DNA of 64,000 nt from Octopus vulgaris (taxonomy: Eukaryota), in assembly GCA_951406725.2 (NCBI GenBank), contig OX597828.1:3844001-3908000 (forward strand), read 5' to 3'. A program made the position numbers and the translations under genes. The notes below the pieces were generated by a model. The model had not been told where the DNA came from, made no database searches, and saw nothing but the letters and a program-made list of their open reading frames with translations. Shown here in pieces: positions 55,822-64,000 of the stretch. Positions within the stretch are counted from its first letter, which is position 1, and each line of letters begins with the position of its first letter.

Positions 55822-56824
55822 TATAGATAGATAGATAGATAGATAGATATAGATATATATATATATGTATATTCCTAGCAATATAAATCTATACAATAAC
55901 CTAGGTTGTAAACGGTATTTTTAGATACATTAAAATGATTAATGAAATACGAAGGAGAACAAACTGTTGCAGATCAATCAAAACGATGTTTAAGATAAAT
56001 TCTGTATTGCTTTTAATGTGATTAAATCTGATTAAAAGTATATTAATAACTTAAAATACTTGGATTTTGGTAGAACGTTTTACACAGAGTAACTTCGTAT
56101 GACAAATATAGCAAATAGGAATTTTTTGTATGGGAAAACGTAGGTAGCTTAACGTCAATTTTCAATTTTATAAGTTTGACAAATCTGCTATTCTTTTAAA
56201 AATATGACAAGATATTCTCTCGTGATTATTTTAATAACTTGTTGCAGAATTGTAATGAGGTGAAGTTTTAAGTGTTAAAGAATTGAATGTATATATTTGT
56301 ACATATATTTATTGTTGTAATCGCTTCATTCATTACTCAGCAGGGATAGGAATGCAATTTTCAGCCATAGTTGTCACTTTTATTGAATGTACTATTTTTT
56401 TAGTGCCTCTTTTAATCAACGTATTAAGGACGGAATTAAGATGGTTCTTCGTATGCAGCAAGTTAGCTAGACAGTGATGCTAATAGAAATCTGTAAAGCA
56501 GACACACATTCATGCGCACATACATAACCGCACACGTACACACACTCAAACGCAGGCGCACACACAGAAGCACACATGCACACACACACACACACATATT
56601 TTTATTAATGAATCTTGATCACAACTGCCGACAAACGAGAACATGAAACTCTGAGTAGCACTTAACTGTGATGTTTTTTGCAGCTTTAATAAAAACCACA
56701 CTACTCTACCTTCGGTATACGAGTACTAATTTTTTCCACCTTATTTTGCCTTTATGTACTTACTCGTGTTTGTGTGTGTGTGTTTGCGTGCGTGTATATA
56801 TATATCAAGATATAGATATATATA

Positions 56825-57062
56825 TAGCAAGACACTATATTTTCCCCTTTCCTCCACTTCACTCAGCTGTAGAAATGAGTTGTGACGTCAATGGTGCCAA
56901 GCTGCATCTGCTGTTGTCATTCCCTTGGATAACATTGCTTGCGTGGAATGGGCAGGTTGGCATGCATGGGCGACTGCAGGTGTTCTATAAACAATCTTGC
57001 CAAGACTCATTCTTCGGAGGGAATGTTTCTAGGTGTAATCCAATAGTCATTCATGGGGCCAT
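56825..57062 (+). mobile_element. SINE-like fragment
   Basis: agcaagacact...cactcagctgtagaaatgagt resembles a SINE central domain. Locally GC-richer. Confidence 0.45.
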
Positions 57063-57462
57063 TACTCTTAAATATATATATATTTACACGTACATATATA
57101 AGTTGTATATAAAAGGAAATTTTAGGTAGGAAATTTTAAGGTGTAGTATCCAAACCTTGCTATGGGAATGCCCCCCTTGCATTGCGCCTGCAGAGCATTT
57201 TCACTGCTTGCGGCCACCAGGCATCATCCGAGTGAGTGCACTTTATCTCGGACAACAATCGTTTTTGCTTACTTCTGCACTGCCCCCTAGTGGGTGAGGA
57301 ACGATATAATGGAATCGATTACACCCCATATTGCAGAAGAAACCACTTCAGGTCTCATAAAGCGGTTCAGTTTTGTACGATGTACATTTCGCTGTAGCCC
57401 TTTGTGGGTAGTAAAGAAATTGATATGTATGGCAAGACTATGTTGGTATCATATGCATGCTA

Positions 57463-57626
57463 CGTTCTGAGTTCAAATTCCGCCGAGGTCGACTTTGCCT
57501 TTCATCCTTTCGGGGTCGATTAAATAAATACCAGTTACGCACTGGTGTCGATATAATCGGCTTAATCCGTTTCTCTGTCCTTGTTTGTCCCCTCTGTGTT
57601 TAGCCTTTGTGGTTAGTAAAGAAATG
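57463..57626 (+). mobile_element. 5'-truncated young SINE (same subfamily as 29134) with 18-bp TSD
   Basis: Colinear with 29205-29368. TSD ggtatcatat(g/a)catgcta at 57445-57462 and 57627-57644. Confidence 0.9.
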
Positions 57627-57680
57627 GGTATCATATACATGCTAGTAGTTCATCATTAGATTAAGGTGGCAGGGTTTGTG

Positions 57681-57920
57681 GTGTGTATTTAGGGAGTGGT
57701 TGTTGAAGAATACGAAAAATAGATGTAAAGGATAGATGGGATGGTCAGAATGGGTTTTGAATGAAAAGGGTTCAAAGTTGTGGAGTGCTCCAGATAACAC
57801 GCATGACTAGCACTCCACAACCTTGAACCCTTTTCATTCAAAACGAATTCTGATCGATCATCCCATCTATCCTTTACATTTATTTTTAGTATTCTTTAAC
57901 AATCACTCCTTAAATACACA
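57681..57920. repeat. Fold-back inverted repeat (~110-bp arms, 19-bp spacer)
   Basis: ...gaatgaaaagggttcaaagttgtggagtgct [ccagataacacgcatgact] agcactccacaaccttgaacccttttcattc... The right arm runs into (CA)n. Confidence 0.92.
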
Positions 57921-57925
57921 CACAC

Positions 57926-57986
<61 letters not shown>

Positions 57987-58473
57987 CAAACACATACATA
58001 TATATACATATATACATGTATACACAAATAGGTACATATGTATACGCATAAACACACACGTACATATACATATTCGTTTACATGCATTTATCCGTGCACA
58101 CACACAAAAATACGGAGAGACAAAACTATATACATAGGCATATAAATAAGCACGCATACACACACACACGCACACACTCGCATTGAGAAATATATATGGA
58201 TCTAGTTAGATTCATTCACTAAAGGAATTCCCTTTAATTTTGATCAGATTGCTTTCAATTTTGGTGTATCGACGCAACTCTAAATTTAGATTGCGATGGA
58301 CCAATTACTTTATCTCGTAAATTAAAGAATCTGATGTTATTTGGAATTAAAGTTGAGAAATTTGGGTAATTTTAGCCAATCAACAGACAGCGAGGCATTA
58401 ATAGCTTGTTACCATGACAATCGCATGTTGTGTTGTGTGTTCACTTCACCCATGTCTGTGCAGCATGTTGTTC

Positions 58474-58691
58474 TGTGTTGATTTTTCACACCACAATATT
58501 CTTTTAACCAGCATGTTTTGTTTTAATTTTTCTGTGTTAGTATACTAGACATTTTTCTGTGCTTTTTCATTTCATATATTTTTCATATAATTTTTTCATA
58601 GATTTTTCATGTTTTTACTGTGTTGATTCTTCACATCACAAAATTCATTTCACCACGTGCTTTTAAAAATGTTTCTGTGTGTTAGTATATT
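58474..58691 (+). repeat. Diverged ~70-bp direct repeat
   Basis: ctgtgttgatt.ttcaca.cacaa.attc.ttt.acca...ttctgtgttagtata at 58474 and 58618. Confidence 0.6.
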
Positions 58692-59305
58692 GCATATTTA
58701 GACCAGTGTTATTCTTATTGTAGTTTACAAATCCAAGCATGAAAACGTTACTCAAGTTTGGAGTTTTGGAGACAGACGCCCACATCGCTCTGTCTCTGTC
58801 TCTCTCTCTCAGACACACACACACATACACATGCACTTATATATTAATAATGTACACAAATACATGACAGGTATACATAATACTGAAATACGCGTAAAGT
58901 AAACACATGCAGACAAATATATTAATATAACAAATTAAAAAAAATATATGATAAAAACATACACTCAATGAATGAAAAGGCAAAAGAAATAGTAAGATGA
59001 TACATGTTGATATTATTCGGTATTTCTGTTTATTTAGAAACTAACAACGAAAAGGTCATTTCACAGAATCTAAGCTATAAATTTCCCAGGGTACAACTTT
59101 AAAGTTGACACGGCTCCGCTAAACGCAGAAAATTTCTGTTTCAGTATTGGTTAAAAATACCTAGATTTTTCGATTTTTAATCCTCTGTAACATTTTCCTG
59201 CAATTGTTCTCCCCAACATCATACCTTCGTAGCAATAAAAGTGGAAAACTACATTATTATAACCGATTTTCAGATTTTTACTTTCTTTTAATCGTTTAAC
59301 TAGAT

Positions 59306-59346
<41 letters not shown>

Positions 59347-59559
59347 TATAATTAGGGTTCAGCAAAAATTTGCTTCACCACATACCGAAATTTAGAAATA
59401 GCAGTTAAAACTATTTCACTACGATAAGAAAATCTCTCAGACAGCTGTGTTGAAAGTGTATTTATGTTGTCATTCTGTATTGGGTAGGGGACGTATAGCC
59501 CGTGGTCTTAACCTTCGATGAGTTTTGAAGCTAATGTTGAGGCATTTTGGGCAATGCTG

Positions 59560-60135
59560 GTAGTATATTCTCCATATCATGCAAATGATGTATCACTCAA
59601 AGCAGCGCTGGAGAGAACAGAATTGCAATACTTTAACGCGGTCTCAATAATCAAGATCAACCATGACTGACCTCTGGGGTGATTCAGTTTTCGAAATGTT
59701 TTGTTTTATATGGATAGACCACGAGGACAGCAGTATTCCAGGTGTGGTTGTACAAAGGAGAAGGAAAGGGGAATTATGACACCTTGTTCTCTGGATCGGA
59801 AGGTTCTAACCTATATCGACTTTATTGTTGATGTGGGCATTCCAGCTGAGATTGTTACCAACAACTACTCCAAGGTCTCTGATATTATTAGATGCTGTGA
59901 GGGGTTCCCCTGAAAGAAGAGTGAATGGTTGTTTTGGCATAATCTTTATTCCAAAACGTATCAGCTCAAATTTTCCCCCCGTTTAGCTTCATTTTGCTTT
60001 CGTCTTCCAATTGGCTCACAGCATGTAGATTAGACTGGAATTTAGTTCGGTCTTCTCCATTGATAATTTTCTGGAGCTTAGAGTCATCATCTTCTTACCA
60101 CACAGCAAATCTTGGTGGGAGGGTAGCATTGGTGG
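59560..60135 (-). mobile_element. CR1-like LINE fragment (end of RT and C-terminal region)
   Basis: Minus strand SFVQPHLEYCC at ~59725-59760 (compare RPHLEYC), preceded by a DLGVV-like motif (gaccttggagtagtt). Confidence 0.7.
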
Positions 60136-61723
60136 GGGATTCGGCGTGTAAAGGGGAGTGCAGGGTGGAGGAGAGAGACTGGGAGAGTGTGAGTGAGAAA
60201 GAGACACAATACATGATTTTATGTACTACCAATACATACATACATATATGTGTATGTGTAATAATGCAGATATATGCATATATATATATATTAATTAATT
60301 AACTTTTGACTAAAGTTGAAATATGAATTTGAATAAGGTGTGTCATTTTACAAACGGATATGTGTTCAAGAAAGGAAATAAGGAAAAAAGAAAGAAAAAA
60401 ACCGTTATTTGAAAATGTTTTCAATGATGAATATAAAACCCTCCATGGTGAGAACAGGTGTGTCTGAGTAGTCTAAATTTTGGCCAATGACCCGGCAGCC
60501 CCGAACCTCCTCAACTTTTTTACATAATTCTTCAGAATCTGATAGATGCGGATCGAATAAAGCACTTATGTTACTCTATAGTTTATATACTCGAGGTTTA
60601 TATATAAATTTAGTGATATAGTTAGGGGTATTTGTCATTTGTTTACCAGGATGTTAGGCATAGCTTATGTCTTCTGCAACATATTTATGGAGCTGTTATT
60701 TCCGTTGTTTATTAGAATTCTTCCTCAACTTTTATCACGATTTCATATTTCGAAAATGACATTACTTGTTTGATTCTGTCGATGTTGTCTAAATGAGTTA
60801 AAGTTATTAATTGATTGATGTTAGAAAGAAAATTTCCACAGTCATGCCCTTATAAATTGTTTCTGTTCGAGACAATTTAGCTAATCTATGAAATCAGCTA
60901 AGCACGCCATTCAGCAATTACAAGTTATTTTGTACAAGAGGACAATTAAAGAATATCTGAAATCCATAGTTACGACACAACAGAGAACGATCATTTTTAA
61001 ACATCTCGGATATAATAATTCATACATAAATAAATAAATTACACCTAATTTATGATTAACATTGCTATAAAAAGAGAAAATGTGATAGAAAAACTCTGGA
61101 AGGTTTGCGAAGTTGTAAAAACAGAGCTTACCAAAAATTTCTAAATGAATACATCAATTGAATGAAAGAGAGACAAATACATATTTTATTTTATTTATTT
61201 GGTTTTCGCTCATTCAAATATTGAATTTCTTGAGGTTAACACCTTTTTGAACATCGTGTTTCAATGTCTCAAAAGAAAAAAATGAAAATGAGATGAAGTA
61301 CAATATAGCATACCAAAAAACAAATAAGACGGGATATAATTGAACAAGCGAGAACAGTGATATTGGTACAAAATAAAAGATGGCTTATATTGATAGAACC
61401 GGAAAAAAGGTTAGGTCTAATAGAGGAAATTAGCGGAAGGAAGTATCGAAAAAAGTACAAAAGAAAACAAGAAAATTTGCACATTAAGGGTCAAAAGAAA
61501 AGTGTAAAATAACATAACATTACATGATGAAGTGAAATTAATGTCATCGATAGTGAAAGGGATATAACATAATTTTGTTAAGGAAATAAATACGAATATA
61601 AACAGTAGTACTGTAAATGGCGTCGTTGTTATAGGCTTTCATGCAATAAATTTCATTTGCTGGTCGAATGTGTTTGCGTGTATGAATGTGCATAGATATG
61701 TACGAGTGCGTGTATGTTTACAT

Positions 61724-61759
<36 letters not shown>

Positions 61760-64000
61760 ATTTTGTCTGCGTGATTATGTATGTGACTTTGTGTAGGAGA
61801 TATTATATCTGTTAATGTTGTTATGCACTGTTAAAAATCGGTTCTTTTGAAGAATTTATTGCTATATTCTCAGTCATTTCACAATCAGTTTATACATGGA
61901 TAATGTTAGATAGAAAATGATTGTAGTAGATCCTTACCATTTCATTTCGCTCATTCTTATTGTGTTTTCCTGCTGTAAACAAAAAGAAATAACTGTTTTC
62001 TATATTCGCAAACGATGATATCTACGAAAAATATGCATTTATTGTATGTACAGACGTTAAGGGTCTATCTAAAATAAAAGACGCTGGTATGCTTACATAC
62101 GGGTTCTTATACTCGCGTTCTACATTTACACATTATACCCTCATATAGAGCATGTGAAATAAAAGGAGTCTCTAAGCAATTCTCAATTATTAAAAATAAT
62201 AGTCAAACGTCCGTGAAATCGCAATTTACCATCTTGAAAAGAGAGGTAACGCTAGATAATGTAACCTTAGACACACCATGCCATAACAAAAGACCAGGTC
62301 GATCAGGAATAGAATGATATTGATCATAGTTTGATTTATTGGTGATGACCTGGAGCTGAGTAACTATAAAAACACGTGGATATAACATTAATAAAGATAA
62401 GTGCCTTTATTTCATAATTTCTGGTTTACTGAGTGTGATGTGGAGCGTGTGCGCGCGTGAATATGTGTTTGCGTGTGTGTGTTTATTCTGTTATTTATAA
62501 AATAATCTTCTTTGCGTGGTTTTAAGGTGTTGGTAGTCAATCCATACCACGATTAATATCATGTGAAGTTGCAGTATGATGTCATAATTGATAAAATTGA
62601 TGTATGTGAGATGGGAAGACTGGGCTTTGCTTTATACATTAGGCATAATTCATTCCTCACTTTATCTACATTTGTCATGCGTAGAATTTTATTATTGAAG
62701 TATACAGAAGGTTTATTGTTAATAAATAAAATTTGAAATTTTTATAAATGCAAAATAGAAAGCAGTTTTTTTAGTAGAGAAGACGAATGCTGGAAAATGT
62801 ATTGAGTGGCAGACGAGACGATGTTAATTCTTGCTTGTTACAGTGTCTCAGATAGGAATGGTAGAAAAAATGAGAAAGGGAACGACAGTTACAGGAGGGT
62901 ATAAATTTGAACAGTGTTAACTCAATGAATCGATTTAGTAAGGAAGAGTGTTTTCCCGTAATTCGTGAAGAAACTACACTGTATTGGAGTGGATATATTA
63001 CAGGTAGCTATTATAATATGCTCCATCTTATTGATTTAACATGTCACTGATATTAAACACGAAAAAATATACATTACATACGTCATCATATTTTCTGTTA
63101 CATTCTGTATTTTTACATACTTTAACTACAGGTTTTTACGGGACTTCGGTTTCCTTTATTCCAGTTGAAAAGTATGAGAATTATATCCTAGAAGGATTGT
63201 TATTCTTTTATAGTATTTAGCAGGGTCAGAAATTTGAATCTGGAATTAAAGGATTATAAGGAAAGCGATGCATAAGTTTCACATATTGATTTTTTTCTTG
63301 GTTTTTACTACAATGTTTTAAAACCTTCTAGTCAGTGGTAATCATATATAACACTATTTCTTCAACATGATATAATCGTGTATGTATTAATTAAAAATTT
63401 TATGAACAAAAGGTATTTCCGATAAATGGAAAATAACTACTGGGGAAGAAATTCCCAGAAGGTGTGTTTTACTTTTTCCCCTTTTCTGCATAGTGCGCTC
63501 GTAGTTCAGAAATACAGTTTCCTTGGTGTCTACATAGAGCGTAACTGTTTCTAGGCAATTCTGCTTTGTGAAGTTGTCTTAAAGTAGTCCGGAGTTTGAG
63601 TTTTAACTACAAAACAAATTCACAAGCCGTTTTTGATGTATTAGTTCATGTGTAGATTTTGGTTTTAAGGTGTTACGTCATCGCTACAATCCTTTATTAC
63701 ATAAGGTGAAAACATCTCTTCGTAAACATATTACGTAAGCCATCTTCAACAGTTTCAAGGGCTGGATTTTGAATCCACAACTTATGATGTGACGGAGTGG
63801 CCTGTTATTTCAAAGGAGGTTATAATTTCTTTATAATATTTAATATTTGGCAGGATTAGAAATTGGAATTTGAAAGTGACATAAAATTCAAATATTCTTT
63901 TTTGTTTACTAATTACGAAATTATTAAAATTTCTAGCCAGTTGTAACCATGTACAGCACTATTTCATTCTCTTTAGAATCATGATATATACTTGAATTGA

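Noticed and set aside
59385-59450. Possible hammerhead on the minus strand (ctgaga...gaaatag)
   Set aside because: The core lacks a nucleotide and the stems cannot be assigned consistently.

Overview
AT-rich, microsatellite-saturated eukaryotic DNA, intergenic or intronic. The repeat content (tRNA-derived SINE families, (TA)n/(TATC)n/(TACA)n tracts) looks like an octopus or other coleoid cephalopod; this is an inference. I cannot support any host protein-coding gene. Nearly all listed ORFs are microsatellite read-throughs or transposon debris. The main content is: (1) a rearranged, near-full-length Tx1-clade LINE (32368-38732, +) and a 5'-truncated sister copy (30557-31481, -), both embedded in (TATC)n on both sides and placed head-to-head around a fold-back palindrome; (2) two restriction-like-endonuclease LINE fossils, one HERO-like and one R4/Dong-like sitting in (TACA)n; (3) a CR1-like fragment; (4) mariner, Tc1/maT-like and hAT (Buster/Charlie-type) fossils; (5) several SINE families, one sharing its 3' tail with the Tx1 LINE; (6) Penelope-like debris. 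The most interesting signal is a set of minimal type-I hammerhead-ribozyme motifs with palindromic stem III next to microsatellites, often inside inverted duplications. One has a compensatory G3-C8 core swap and one may have U3-A8. All calls were made by eye, with no database or folding computation.
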